From a virus (lineage: Duplodnaviria; Caudoviricetes): a stretch of 64,000 nt of DNA. This document shows, in pieces, positions 1-10,243 of this stretch (position 1 is its first letter; each line of letters opens with the position of its first letter). Made by a program: the position numbers and the translations under genes. The notes under the pieces were generated by a model. That model saw nothing but the letters and a program-made list of their open reading frames with translations, did no database searches and was not told the DNA's origin. The stretch lies in IMG/VR virus record IMGVR_UViG_3300028833_000058. The stretch is one strand, 5' to 3'.

Positions 1-113
1 ATTGCAGATTCTATGACAGATGCAGATGGTACTCCAATTCCAATGGCAACAATAGAAGACTTATATAACTATTATGTTTCTAGATAATTAGTGTAACTGA
101 AAGGAATATTGTC

Positions 114-389
114 ATGAATGAAATCGATTTTTTAAGACTAGGTGAACGAGCTGAAAAGCAAGAGTTGTTTTTGAAAAAGTTAAAGAAAGCTTCTCCTAAC
201 ATAAAAGAAGATGTATGTACAATTTTTGAAAACAAATTGGCAACATTGGCGTATAATTTTAGATTACTTTGCGAAAAAGGTTATTACAAGAAATATTGTC
301 AAGAAGACTACATAGATTATCTTGAGAAAGAAATTTTATGTAGAATATTACTTGGAGAAAGTGTTATAGACAACGAGGGAATTTTATAA
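114..389 (+). CDS. hypothetical protein
   Basis: ORF with AAAGGA RBS; stop overlaps the next start. Confidence 0.6.
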   Translation: MNEIDFLRLGERAEKQELFLKKLKKASPNIKEDVCTIFENKLATLAYNFRLLCEKGYYKKYCQEDYIDYLEKEILCRILLGESVIDNEGIL

Positions 390-1072
390 TGAAAAAGATT
401 ATTGCTTTAACTGGTCAAGCTGGTTCTGGTAAAGATACTCTTGCTAAAATAATTATGGAACATGCACCTTTAACAGGACACGAATCTGATTGTTGGGTTA
501 AAATGTCTTTTGCTTCTCATTTAAAAGATGTCGTATCTCTGTTGTTTAACATGGATAGGGATATGTTAGAGGGTGTTACTGTAGAAGATAGAGCGAAAAG
601 AGAACAACCAGATGAATTTTGGTCAAAGAAAATGGGAAAACCGTTTACTCCTCGTTACGCTTTACAATTTGTTGGAACAGATTTATTACGAAATCAATTA
701 CACAAAAATATCTGGGTTGATTGTTTAGAGAGAAAAATTGATGAATGTGATAAGAATATAATTATAACGGATGTCAGGTTTAAAAATGAAATATCAATGC
801 TCAGAGACAAAGGAGCAATGTTTGTCCGTATGGAATTTGAAAAAAAGCCGTACTACTGGGATATAATTTATAAAACTAATACTTTTCAACAATTGACTTC
901 AGAAGAGCAAAGAAGACTTGATGAAATCTATAAGAATGTACACCCGTCTGAAAGGGATTGGATAGCTGTTGATAACCCACAGTATAGGTTTATTCACAGG
1001 GAAACAGTTGATTTGTTAAAAGAAGATGTGTTAGCAAGTGAATTTTGGAAAGATTTTATAATCGGAGATTGA
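389..1072 (+). CDS. deoxynucleoside monophosphate kinase (T4 gp1-like)
   Basis: P-loop GQAGSGKDT, SFAxxLKD, PRxALQxxGTD, ITDVRFxNE, HxSE motifs. Confidence 0.9.
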   Translation: MKKIIALTGQAGSGKDTLAKIIMEHAPLTGHESDCWVKMSFASHLKDVVSLLFNMDRDMLEGVTVEDRAKREQPDEFWSKKMGKPFTPRYALQFVGTDLLRNQLHKNIWVDCLERKIDECDKNIIITDVRFKNEISMLRDKGAMFVRMEFEKKPYYWDIIYKTNTFQQLTSEEQRRLDEIYKNVHPSERDWIAVDNPQYRFIHRETVDLLKEDVLASEFWKDFIIGD

Positions 1073-1073
1073 T

Positions 1074-1943
1074 ATGTTACAATATTTAGATTTATTAAGA
1101 GACATTATGGAAAATGGAAATGACCGTATGGATAGAACTGGTGTAGGTACTCGTTCTGTCTTTGGTCGTCAAATTAGATTTAAAATGGAAGATGGTTTTC
1201 CTGCTGTTACCACTAAAAAACTTGCATGGAAAGCTTGTTGTAGTGAATTGTTGTGGTTTCTTGAAGGTTCTACAAATATTCGTAGATTGGCTGAAATCAA
1301 AAATGATAATAAACCATATGAACAATTAACTGAAAAAGAAAGATTTACAATATGGAATGCTAATTATGAATGTCAAGGTAAAGCATTAGGATATACAGAT
1401 GGTGAACTTGGACCTGTGTATGGAAGTCAATGGAGAAATTTTAATGGTGAGGGAGTAGACCAAGTACAACAACTGATTAATAAAATTAAAACAAATCCAG
1501 TAGATAGACGTTTGATTGTATCAGCTTGGAATCCTGCTTCGTTAGAAATGATGAGTTTACCACCTTGTCACATGATGTATCAATTTTATGTAGATGGCGA
1601 TAGATTAAGTTTAATGTGGTATCAGCGTAGTGTAGATACTGCAACAGGATTGCCGTTTAATATTGCTTCTTATGGATTACTTCTACACATTGTTGCTAAA
1701 ATGACTAATAAAATTCCATATGAGTTGATAGGTACTTTAGGAGATACACATATCTACAAGAATCATTTTGAAGGTGTGGAAGAACAAATCACAAGAAGTC
1801 CATACAAGTTACCAACACTTGAACTTCCAAATATAGATTGGAGTGGTTCAATTGACGATGTTTTACAACAAGTAAAGACAAGTGACTTCAAGCTAGTTGA
1901 CTATTTTTGCTATGATGCGATAAAATACGATATGGCTGTTTAG
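1074..1943 (+). CDS. thyA: thymidylate synthase
   Basis: DRTGVGT, ELLWFLEG, LGPVYGSQWR, LPPCH, QRSVD, GLPFN, GDTHIY. Confidence 0.97.
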   Translation: MLQYLDLLRDIMENGNDRMDRTGVGTRSVFGRQIRFKMEDGFPAVTTKKLAWKACCSELLWFLEGSTNIRRLAEIKNDNKPYEQLTEKERFTIWNANYECQGKALGYTDGELGPVYGSQWRNFNGEGVDQVQQLINKIKTNPVDRRLIVSAWNPASLEMMSLPPCHMMYQFYVDGDRLSLMWYQRSVDTATGLPFNIASYGLLLHIVAKMTNKIPYELIGTLGDTHIYKNHFEGVEEQITRSPYKLPTLELPNIDWSGSIDDVLQQVKTSDFKLVDYFCYDAIKYDMAV

Positions 1944-1952
1944 GAGTGGATT

Positions 1953-2201
1953 ATGGCTGACTTTGTTGATGTTAGATTAGAGAATGACGAACAATGGGAA
2001 CCAATTTTAAAAGACACAGAGTTTTATGAAGATTGTGTAAAAGACTTTTGTAAGAATCATCCAGAGTATTACACAAAAGGGATTGAATTAGATGGTTATC
2101 GTGAATTGACAATAGAAGTTAAAAATAGTAATGAAAATATTAAAAAATATAATGTTCTAATTGATAAGTTCTATTCTTTTTGTATAAAAGAGGTAGAGTA
2201 A
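1953..2201 (+). CDS. hypothetical protein
   Basis: ORF with AGGAG RBS within operon. Confidence 0.6.
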   Translation: MADFVDVRLENDEQWEPILKDTEFYEDCVKDFCKNHPEYYTKGIELDGYRELTIEVKNSNENIKKYNVLIDKFYSFCIKEVE

Positions 2202-2228
2202 TAAGAACATAAAAGAAAGGGAAAGCAC

Positions 2229-2603
2229 ATGGAACAGAAAGAAAAAGTACCTATGTTGATAATAGGATACAATGAAGTTAAAGATTATCGTCAACTTAAA
2301 ATTGCGATATTGAAAAGTTTTAATTTAAATTTAGTAAGTAAGATTTATTTCTTAGATAAAAATAATTTTACACAACAAATTGAAGAGTTTTGTAAACAGT
2401 TTAAAATAGAATGTGAAAAACTTACACCTCTTCCTGCTAAAATTTCTAATGAGCAAACAGAGAAATTGTCATCTGTTAAATGTTTAGTTATAATTGATAA
2501 TGGTGAAGATAAAAGACTTAAAAAATACGAGACTTTTGTTAAAAGTTTATCAGTAGATGTAAACACGTGGAAGACAAAAGACGGAAATCTTTTGTTGAAA
2601 TAG
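2229..2603 (+). CDS. hypothetical protein
   Basis: ORF with RBS within operon. Confidence 0.6.
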   Translation: MEQKEKVPMLIIGYNEVKDYRQLKIAILKSFNLNLVSKIYFLDKNNFTQQIEEFCKQFKIECEKLTPLPAKISNEQTEKLSSVKCLVIIDNGEDKRLKKYETFVKSLSVDVNTWKTKDGNLLLK

Positions 2604-2615
2604 AAAGGTGTTGTT

Positions 2616-3236
2616 GTGAGAAACCATAAAGTATTTTTTACAAGTGATACCCATTTTAACCATAAGAATATTTTAACTTTGGGTAATGGAAGACCTTTTA
2701 AGACTATTGAAGAACATAATCAGACTTTGATAGACAATTGGAACAAGGTAGTTAAACCAGGTGACGTAGTATTTCATCTTGGTGATGTAGCTTTTACTTA
2801 TGACCCAAAAGAATTAGAAGCCATTTTTCATAAATTAAATGGATATAAACACATTATACAAGGTAATCATGATAGGATTAAAATTCTATCACACTCTTTG
2901 AATACTAATGCTATTCAATCTATCAAAACTTATAACGAATACAACTATGAAGCTGATGATGGTAAAGTCTATTCTTTTGTCATGATGCATTGGCCAATTC
3001 TAGAACCAAATCACATTTTTAGAAATAAGGATAGTGAGGATATTTCTGTAATAGGACTATATGGTCATGTTCACGATATAAATGATTATGAACCAATTTA
3101 TAAAAATTTAGGGTTTCCATGTGTACATGTTGGGGTAGATACTAGTTCAAAGATATTAGATACTAAACCATTCAGCCCGATTGATGCTGAAGATATAATT
3201 AAATATTGCAAATTAACATTTAAAACAAGGACTTAA
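2616..3236 (+). CDS. calcineurin-like metallophosphoesterase
   Basis: SDTH, HLGD, GNHD, HWP, GHVH motifs. Confidence 0.9.
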   Translation: MRNHKVFFTSDTHFNHKNILTLGNGRPFKTIEEHNQTLIDNWNKVVKPGDVVFHLGDVAFTYDPKELEAIFHKLNGYKHIIQGNHDRIKILSHSLNTNAIQSIKTYNEYNYEADDGKVYSFVMMHWPILEPNHIFRNKDSEDISVIGLYGHVHDINDYEPIYKNLGFPCVHVGVDTSSKILDTKPFSPIDAEDIIKYCKLTFKTRT

Positions 3237-3240
3237 TAAT

Positions 3241-3453
3241 ATGGCTAAACTTAAAATTATAAAGAATCCAGATGAAGCAATTTACAATCAAGTTACAGAA
3301 GATGTAAAGGCTTGTAATGGTCAATGTCCATGTTTTTATCCAATGGATAAAGATGATAAAGACTTTCGTTGCGTTTGTAAAAATTTTCGAGAACAACAAG
3401 AGCCTGGCCCATGTCATTGTGGGAGATATGTTAAGGTTTTAGTAGAGGATTAA
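3241..3453 (+). CDS. ferredoxin:thioredoxin reductase catalytic-subunit-like protein
   Basis: CPC...CxC...CHC cysteine pattern in 70 aa. Confidence 0.75.
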   Translation: MAKLKIIKNPDEAIYNQVTEDVKACNGQCPCFYPMDKDDKDFRCVCKNFREQQEPGPCHCGRYVKVLVED

Positions 3454-3565
3454 CCAATAGGGTTCTTCTCCTTTCGACCCTATTGTTTGAGGTGACTCTC
3501 TTGCCAAAAGAGAGTCATTTTTTAGTTCTAATAAAGGACATTTACTTTGTGAGAGATTTATTAGA

Positions 3566-4555
3566 ATGAAATATTGGTTTATGCTTTTCATTGCCTTTAG
3601 TATGGCGATTATATCATCTTTGTTGACAGCTTTTGGTATGTCTGACCTATTTTCTGGTGTTGGTAGCCTAATCTTAACCATGTTTATTGTAATTGACTTA
3701 GGACGATTTCTTCTATTCAATTTTTTAGTAGATGAATGGTATAACTTAAGAAAAGTTAAGTATTTTACTGTATTTATATTATGTTTATTGTTTATATACT
3801 CTGGAATCGGTATTTTCTCAAAAATGTCATCTTTGGTTTCAAACGAAGTACAAGAGGCCATGATAAATGTGTCTTCTATTAAGAAAGCAGCTCAGAACGC
3901 AGATATAAAACACACAAGGTCTGAAGATTTAGCTAAAATAGCTCAAGATGAATATAAAAACGCATTAAGTTGGAATGAAACAGATTATAAAAACTGTTTA
4001 AGAAGAGCAGGGTCAAATGCTCGTGCTGAAAACAATTGTAATAACACAAAAAGAAGACTTGATAAAAACGCTTTAACGGCCCTACAAACAGCATTAAAGG
4101 AAGCAGATGACAATTTATCAGGTATAGAAGAAATAACGCTTCAGGAGTCGAAAAATAAGTCACAAATCTCACATGTTTTGATGACGGTGTGTAAAATATC
4201 ACAACGAGAATGTAATAATTATGATGATTTACAATTAGCGTTATCCATCATCATCTTTTTGGTTATCATTGGAACAGATTATCTTCAAATAGCTATTGTT
4301 CTTGCTGTAAATACTCGTAAAAATAAGAATAAAAAAGTATCGAATCATGTTGAAAGAGTTGAAACTTCTTATGAATATGAACCAATAAATTATGAAACAA
4401 ACTTTCAACCAATGTCAGTTAGTTTTACACAACCTGTGATTTCAAATTTAGATAAAAAAGAAGAAAAAGTTGAAAATAAAAAAGTTGAAGAAAAAATTAA
4501 AACAGAGCCCGAAAAAATAAAATCAAAGTCTCATGGAAAATTTAGTTTTAGATAA
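3566..4555 (+). CDS. membrane protein with coiled-coil region
   Basis: Three N-terminal hydrophobic helices, a soluble helical region, one further TM helix. Confidence 0.7.
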   Translation: MKYWFMLFIAFSMAIISSLLTAFGMSDLFSGVGSLILTMFIVIDLGRFLLFNFLVDEWYNLRKVKYFTVFILCLLFIYSGIGIFSKMSSLVSNEVQEAMINVSSIKKAAQNADIKHTRSEDLAKIAQDEYKNALSWNETDYKNCLRRAGSNARAENNCNNTKRRLDKNALTALQTALKEADDNLSGIEEITLQESKNKSQISHVLMTVCKISQRECNNYDDLQLALSIIIFLVIIGTDYLQIAIVLAVNTRKNKNKKVSNHVERVETSYEYEPINYETNFQPMSVSFTQPVISNLDKKEEKVENKKVEEKIKTEPEKIKSKSHGKFSFR

Positions 4556-4695
4556 CAATGGGTTAATAATTTACCATTAAATAAGTATAAAAATTGTTTT
4601 TACTTTTCATTTTGGTTAAGCTAAAAACGTTTAAAGTAGGTTGTTCTAAAATACACGACCTCAAGATTTTTTATTATAAGAAAGGAAGGGAATCA

Positions 4696-5211
4696 ATGAA
4701 ATTTACAGTACCATTGAAAGAAACTTGGCTTGATTATCCGAGTCCAGATGGTATTGCTGTCATTGTGTATTTTTGTGGTTGTGAGCATCACTGTAAAGGG
4801 TGTCATAGTTCTTTACTTCAACAAGAGTATGAATACGCCGAGTCTAATGAAGAAATATTAGAAAAAATTAAAAAATACGCTTCTAAAGTCAACACTAACA
4901 AACTTGTTTTTCTTGGTGGTGACCCAATTTACGTAAAAAATATACCTTTGACAACTTTTCTTGTCAATAACTTATCCGATGAATTTGATATATGTGTTTT
5001 TACTGGATACGATATCGACTATGTAAAGAAAATTGGAATAGAAGGTGTTAGATATTGGAAATGTGGTAAATTTGACATCGATAAGTCAAGAGAATCTAAA
5101 AAGACAGATGAAGAATATGTTTTAGCATCTCCAAATCAGAATTTTTATGATGGTAATTATGAGCTAATCTCGATTAACGGAATATTAAAATTTAACAAGA
5201 AGGAAATTTAA
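4696..5211 (+). CDS. nrdG: anaerobic ribonucleotide reductase activating radical SAM enzyme
   Basis: CxxxCxxC (CEHHCKGC), LGGDP, adjacent to nrdD; start moved to ATG 4696 after GGAAGG. Confidence 0.9.
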   Translation: MKFTVPLKETWLDYPSPDGIAVIVYFCGCEHHCKGCHSSLLQQEYEYAESNEEILEKIKKYASKVNTNKLVFLGGDPIYVKNIPLTTFLVNNLSDEFDICVFTGYDIDYVKKIGIEGVRYWKCGKFDIDKSRESKKTDEEYVLASPNQNFYDGNYELISINGILKFNKKEI

Positions 5212-5213
5212 CC

Positions 5214-7388
5214 ATGTGTAATAAAAAACCAATTACTGTAAAATATCCTAACTTCAACCCAAATGAAGAGAATCCGTATCAAGAAGAAATGGATAAATTG
5301 TTAGACATTAGTTTGACTGAAGCTTCGACAACCAGAACTATTAAGAACATAACTGAATGTTTAACTAAGTCTTTGAAGTCTAAGTATGGGATTAAAGATA
5401 AGGAGCAGTTAAAAGAAGATGTAGATGAGATAAGTAAGATACATGGTATGTCTGCATCAAATTTTGACCCGTTATCTACAATATCAAAATTGACGTTTGG
5501 CGAAGATAAAAATGTTAACAACTATTCTGTTGACGATAACGCAAATAAAACTTCTGTTAACATGGAAGGTATATGTGGTGAAGCATTTTTACCATATAAA
5601 AAGGTAGCAGGTTATGACTATGAATACCAATCATTGAAAGAGTTATTTGGTAAGGACGAAGCTAAAAAGTGCTGTGCAAGTATGTATGATTTATCTTTAG
5701 CTTTGAACGATTCTACTAAAATTACAATTCCTTATTGTTATTGTATTGACGCTTCTAAATTAGTTATTGAAGGAAGAAACTTTGGTCAAGTTCATTCTTC
5801 ACCAGCACATAGAGTTAATACGTATATCAGTATTCTATGTGATACAATACGTGAAATTAGTTTTAATATTGCAGGTGCCGTTGCTATTGGTTCATTCTTT
5901 TTGGATATTGCTCACTTAGCTATTTACAAAGAGCGTATTACTTTAGATGATTTGAGAACAGACAAAAAAACTCGTAAGTATATTGGTAACTGCTTACAAC
6001 AATTTATTCACTCTGTAAACCATTATTCTAGAAATTCTGTTGAAAGTCCTTTTACAAACGTTTCTTGCTTTGATAGAGATAAACTCATCAATTTGATTAG
6101 TGATGAAAACTATGGGTGGTATTTCCCGAAAAAAGCAGCTGTAATAGAAGATAATGAATTGGAAAACAATAAAGAAGTCTTTAAAGAGTTTGTTTTAGAT
6201 TACATAGAAGAATTACAAGAAATTTACATTGATATTTTTGATGCTGGTGACCCATTAAGAAATGGTTTGCAGTTCCCATTCCCAGTTACAACTTGTAACT
6301 TATCTATTACAGTAGATGAGAATGGTGAAAGAAGATTAACGAATCCAGATGATAAACTTTATAACTACATCGTTGGTAAAGATATCTCTAAATACAACAT
6401 TTATTGTTCTGAGGGCACAAAGGTAGCTTCATGCTGTCGTTTATTATCTGATGCCGAAATGCTTGGATTAGGTGAAGGTGTTAACAGCTTTGGTGGTTCA
6501 CAAATTTCTTTAGGTTCACACCGTGTTGTTACGACAGATATGTTTAGAGCAGCATGCGAAGCCACTTCTTATGATGATTTTAAGAAGATTTTAACAGAAA
6601 GAGTTGAAGAATCTGCTAAAATTTTACAAGCACACCGTGTTTTAATTCATAAATTAGAAAAATGTGGTACTCAACCTTGGGTTTCTAATGGTTGGATTAA
6701 TATGTCCCACTTATTCTCAACATTCGGTTGCGTTGGATACGTTGAAGCTGATAAATTGTTAAAATATAAATTTAATCATAAAGATTTCGACTACATGAAA
6801 GACTTTTTGGTATATTTTAACAATGAATGTAAGAGAGTAGCTGAAAGTTATAAGATGATTTGGAACATTGAAGCTATTCCAGCTGAAGGTATGGCTCCAA
6901 AATTAGCAAAAGCAAATAAAATTATCTTTGGTGATGAAAACGGTTGTTATAACGGAACAGACTTTAAGATGCCAGATATTCTTGCTAACCAATGGTGTTC
7001 TTTGTGGGAAGACCATACTATTTACGAAAAGATGAAGAGAGATGGTCAAATTCAAAGATTGATGACTGGTGGTAGTATTGTTCACATTAACATTGACAGT
7101 AAAATTACTCGTTCACAGGCTAAAAAGTTAATTGAAGATTCAGTTAAATTTGGTATGGCCCATTTCGCTTTGAACGCTTGCTATATTGAATGTCAAGATT
7201 GTGGTCATGTTGTTAAAGGTTATCTTGATGAATGTCCAAATTGTCATTCTACTCATTTAAACCACTATAGCCGTGTTATTGGATATTTTAGTAGAGTTGA
7301 AAGTTGGGGTAAGGTACGTAGAGAAAAAGACTTCCCGAATCGTAAATTCCTTAATCCAAATGACATTAAACGTGAACTTGGCGACTAA
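5214..7388 (+). CDS. nrdD: class III anaerobic ribonucleoside-triphosphate reductase
   Basis: SCCRL finger loop, IPAEG, C-terminal CxxC...CxxC zinc site, RVIGYF glycyl-radical motif. Confidence 0.93.
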   Translation: MCNKKPITVKYPNFNPNEENPYQEEMDKLLDISLTEASTTRTIKNITECLTKSLKSKYGIKDKEQLKEDVDEISKIHGMSASNFDPLSTISKLTFGEDKNVNNYSVDDNANKTSVNMEGICGEAFLPYKKVAGYDYEYQSLKELFGKDEAKKCCASMYDLSLALNDSTKITIPYCYCIDASKLVIEGRNFGQVHSSPAHRVNTYISILCDTIREISFNIAGAVAIGSFFLDIAHLAIYKERITLDDLRTDKKTRKYIGNCLQQFIHSVNHYSRNSVESPFTNVSCFDRDKLINLISDENYGWYFPKKAAVIEDNELENNKEVFKEFVLDYIEELQEIYIDIFDAGDPLRNGLQFPFPVTTCNLSITVDENGERRLTNPDDKLYNYIVGKDISKYNIYCSEGTKVASCCRLLSDAEMLGLGEGVNSFGGSQISLGSHRVVTTDMFRAACEATSYDDFKKILTERVEESAKILQAHRVLIHKLEKCGTQPWVSNGWINMSHLFSTFGCVGYVEADKLLKYKFNHKDFDYMKDFLVYFNNECKRVAESYKMIWNIEAIPAEGMAPKLAKANKIIFGDENGCYNGTDFKMPDILANQWCSLWEDHTIYEKMKRDGQIQRLMTGGSIVHINIDSKITRSQAKKLIEDSVKFGMAHFALNACYIECQDCGHVVKGYLDECPNCHSTHLNHYSRVIGYFSRVESWGKVRREKDFPNRKFLNPNDIKRELGD

Positions 7389-7399
7389 AGGATTTAATA

Positions 7400-7732
7400 A
7401 TGACAAACGAAGAGTTGAAATATCTTATTAGCGAACTTGTTGGAGATGAAGAAGAGTTAAATCAAATCATTATCCTCGAAGGGGATGAGTTCGCTGATGG
7501 AGCAATTGGTTTATCTGAAGACAATCGTGTTGCACATGAATCTATAGATAGCGTTGAAGTAAACAAAGACGCTATTGTTACGATTAGAAAAGTTTACTAT
7601 CCTACTGAAAAAGAAGTAGAAGAAGACGGTGCTGCTGTGAAAAAGCTTGTAAATGAGACTTTTTATAAAGTTTCATTCATGAACGGTGAAGCTATAAACT
7701 TAACTAAAGCAGAAAAGAATAAACTTAATTAA
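7400..7732 (+). CDS. hypothetical protein
   Basis: ORF with AAGGA RBS after nrdD. Confidence 0.6.
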   Translation: MTNEELKYLISELVGDEEELNQIIILEGDEFADGAIGLSEDNRVAHESIDSVEVNKDAIVTIRKVYYPTEKEVEEDGAAVKKLVNETFYKVSFMNGEAINLTKAEKNKLN

Positions 7733-7747
7733 GTTTATTGACATTAT

Positions 7748-7786
7748 GAAAAAAGAAGGTCAATTTTACAACTGGCCTTCTTTTTC
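7748..7786. terminator. bidirectional intrinsic terminator
   Basis: AAAAAAGAAGGTCA...TGGCCTTCTTTTT between convergent genes. Confidence 0.8.
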
Positions 7787-7787
7787 T

Positions 7788-8669
7788 TTATAACACGATA
7801 TTCAAACTTTCTTTTATGTCTTTTTCTTCTTGTTCTTTCGTCAAATATTGGTATATTAACTCATTTGAACAACTGTTTTCAAGAATTTCCATTTTCTTTT
7901 TAATCAAATAAAAGTCACCTGCACACAAATGTTGTAACTTATTTAATTGTTCTTCTGTTAAACTAAATTCATCTCCAAAATATTCTTTTATACCAGCATT
8001 AACATTTTCTGGCTTCATGTAGTCGAATTTAATCTTAAAGATAAATCTACGCATAGATGCCTTGTCTATTCTTTCTTTTAAATTAGTTGTCATAATCAAT
8101 GGATATTCAAAATCTTCCATTTGTGTTAACAATTCGTTTACTTGTGACACCTCAAACTCACGTTGAGAATATGTTCTGTCATATAAAAATGTATCAGATT
8201 CGTCTAAAAGTAATATAGCTTTCTTTTTCGTTGCTTCTTGAAATGCATCTCTGACGTTTTGTTCAGTTTGACCAACCCATTTGTCAATTAAATCAGATGC
8301 CCTTTTCTTTATTATCGGCATGCCAAGTTGTTGTGCGATATATCTACCTAAGTAGCTTTTACCACTTCCACTTTCACCATATAACAAGATGGCATATTTC
8401 TTTATTGGAGAACGTACCAATTTTTCTACAAACTCTTGTATATCTTCATTGGCATTTACCATATCAAAATTGTATTTTACATCTGTCGGTGGTGTTAGTT
8501 TTTCTTCTTCCTCTTCGTTCTGTATTTTCTCTGGTCTACCATCTCCACCACGCATTTGTTTTTCTAATAACCTTTTAAGGTCTGGTGGCAGAAAATCAGA
8601 GACTTGTGGGTCTATGAACACTTGTGTGAACATAGGTATAGTAGGCTTATTTTCTGGGTTTTCGTTCAT
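7788..8669 (-). CDS. AAA+ ATPase
   Basis: Walker A GESGSGKS, Walker B LLLDE, TTN sensor, MRRF arginine finger. Confidence 0.9.
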   Translation of the reverse strand: MNENPENKPTIPMFTQVFIDPQVSDFLPPDLKRLLEKQMRGGDGRPEKIQNEEEEEKLTPPTDVKYNFDMVNANEDIQEFVEKLVRSPIKKYAILLYGESGSGKSYLGRYIAQQLGMPIIKKRASDLIDKWVGQTEQNVRDAFQEATKKKAILLLDESDTFLYDRTYSQREFEVSQVNELLTQMEDFEYPLIMTTNLKERIDKASMRRFIFKIKFDYMKPENVNAGIKEYFGDEFSLTEEQLNKLQHLCAGDFYLIKKKMEILENSCSNELIYQYLTKEQEEKDIKESLNIVL

Positions 8670-8960
8670 TTAAGCATTTTCCTTGTCACTAATGTTATAA
8701 CTTATTGAATATTCATTTGTTATTGTACATTTTGTGAAGTCATAAATAAAATTTGTGATATCAGCATTTGTTAAATCGTCTCGTAAAGGAAGATATATCT
8801 TTTCGTCATGCATGTCTACCATTTCTATAACGACTTTTTGTTTTGGTTTTCCTTCATTTGAAACTATTGGCACGTTAATTATACTTAACTCTTTTACCGT
8901 ATTAATTTTTTTTGGTTCAAAATACAAATTATCTTGATAATCTGGTGTATTGTCTCCCAT
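8670..8960 (-). CDS. hypothetical protein
   Basis: ORF with GGGAG RBS, abuts AAA gene. Confidence 0.6.
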   Translation of the reverse strand: MGDNTPDYQDNLYFEPKKINTVKELSIINVPIVSNEGKPKQKVVIEMVDMHDEKIYLPLRDDLTNADITNFIYDFTKCTITNEYSISYNISDKENA

Positions 8961-9056
8961 TTGTATCTCCCTTTATGCGTATTTAACTAATTTTTAGAAC
9001 TAATGACATCTTATAGAATACGAAGATTATTGTAAAGTTAATAATTAATTTATGAA

Positions 9057-9093
9057 TAAAAAAAGCACCCATTCATAATCAATGAGTGCTTTT
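9057..9093 (-). terminator. intrinsic terminator after hsp20
   Basis: AAAAGCAC...GTGCTTTT hairpin with U-tract. Confidence 0.7.
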
Positions 9094-9111
9094 CTCCTCC
9101 TTCTCTATTGA

Positions 9112-9594
9112 CTAATCAGAGATTTTATAAGAAACATGTTCATCTTTAGTCTCTGGTTCTTCTATCTTACACTCTATCTGTAGTAATCCGTTTGTAAGTT
9201 TTACAGATTCTACACTTGTGTGTTTTGGTAATTTCATTGACCATTGGAAAGATTTTGTTGTTATACCTTTATATAGGTAATGCAACTCTGCTTCGTTACC
9301 TTTTGATATATCTTCAACGTATAGAGTGTTATTTTTTGTGTATACGTCTAAATTTTCTTTACAGTATCCAGCTAAAGCTAATTCGATAACAAATTGGTTA
9401 CGATTATACCCATCAGTACTATCACAACCTTCTTCTTCTGGTTTATAATAAATGTTATATTTTGGGAAATTATCTTGACGATTTATCAAACTAAGTGGAA
9501 GTTCGTTTGAAAAGAATTCATCTACAAAAGATGATAAAGGTGAATTAAAAATACGATTCAAATTGCTGTTAACCAGCGATAATTGCTTATTCAT
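9112..9594 (-). CDS. small heat shock protein (Hsp20/IbpA-like)
   Basis: FPKYNI, IELALAGY, YLYKGI, LxNGLL alpha-crystallin motifs. Confidence 0.9.
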   Translation of the reverse strand: MNKQLSLVNSNLNRIFNSPLSSFVDEFFSNELPLSLINRQDNFPKYNIYYKPEEEGCDSTDGYNRNQFVIELALAGYCKENLDVYTKNNTLYVEDISKGNEAELHYLYKGITTKSFQWSMKLPKHTSVESVKLTNGLLQIECKIEEPETKDEHVSYKISD

Positions 9595-9600
9595 TTTAAA

Positions 9601-9623
9601 ATCTCCTAATATTTAAGCAAGAT
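9601..9623 (-). promoter_or_regulatory. ROSE-like RNA thermometer hairpin sequestering the hsp20 Shine-Dalgarno
   Basis: Minus strand AUCUU-G-CU-UAAAUAUU-AG-GAGAU: UUGCU motif paired to AGGAGA with a bulged G. Confidence 0.65.
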
Positions 9624-9742
9624 TAAAGTTATACTAATACATAGAGCTTAAAATTTTAACCCGATAAGGCATTAAACATAAGTTCTATACAATATATAAG
9701 AACTAAGTTGTTAAAAATCAAGAGTAAGAAAAGAAATAAATT

Positions 9743-10243
9743 ATGAAGACAAGAATAACCCAAAGAAAACCAGGAATGTCTAAGATAGCTTTTAAAAAGA
9801 TACTCAAAAGAAATTTTAATCCCGCTAAACAGACATTAGTACCTGTTGGTAAATATAATATCAAAATTGGAAAAAGTGTAAGTGAAGAAAAGTGGATACA
9901 GAAACTTGAGATGATATTTAACACTAAGATTATACGTGAACAACTTATTTATGGCCCAATTGTAACAGGAAACAAACGTCAAATTTATGTTGTTGATGGA
10001 TATATACCTGATAAAAGAATCTGTTTTGAGTTCAATGGCGATTATTACCATGGGAATCCTAAAATTTATGACCAAAGGGCCTATTGTAAACAATTGAAAT
10101 GTACATATGGTGAATTGTATCAAAAGACTTATCTTAGATACAATTGGCTTTTGCAGCATAATTACACCGTGTTTTATGTGTGGGAAGCTGACTATAAAAA
10201 AGGTGCTGTTGGAAAATTTTATAAGGCAGGAGAACCGTTATGA
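9743..10243 (+). CDS. Vsr/DUF559-like PD-(D/E)XK endonuclease
   Basis: VDGY...FEFNGDYYHG...VWE pattern. Confidence 0.7.
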   Translation: MKTRITQRKPGMSKIAFKKILKRNFNPAKQTLVPVGKYNIKIGKSVSEEKWIQKLEMIFNTKIIREQLIYGPIVTGNKRQIYVVDGYIPDKRICFEFNGDYYHGNPKIYDQRAYCKQLKCTYGELYQKTYLRYNWLLQHNYTVFYVWEADYKKGAVGKFYKAGEPL

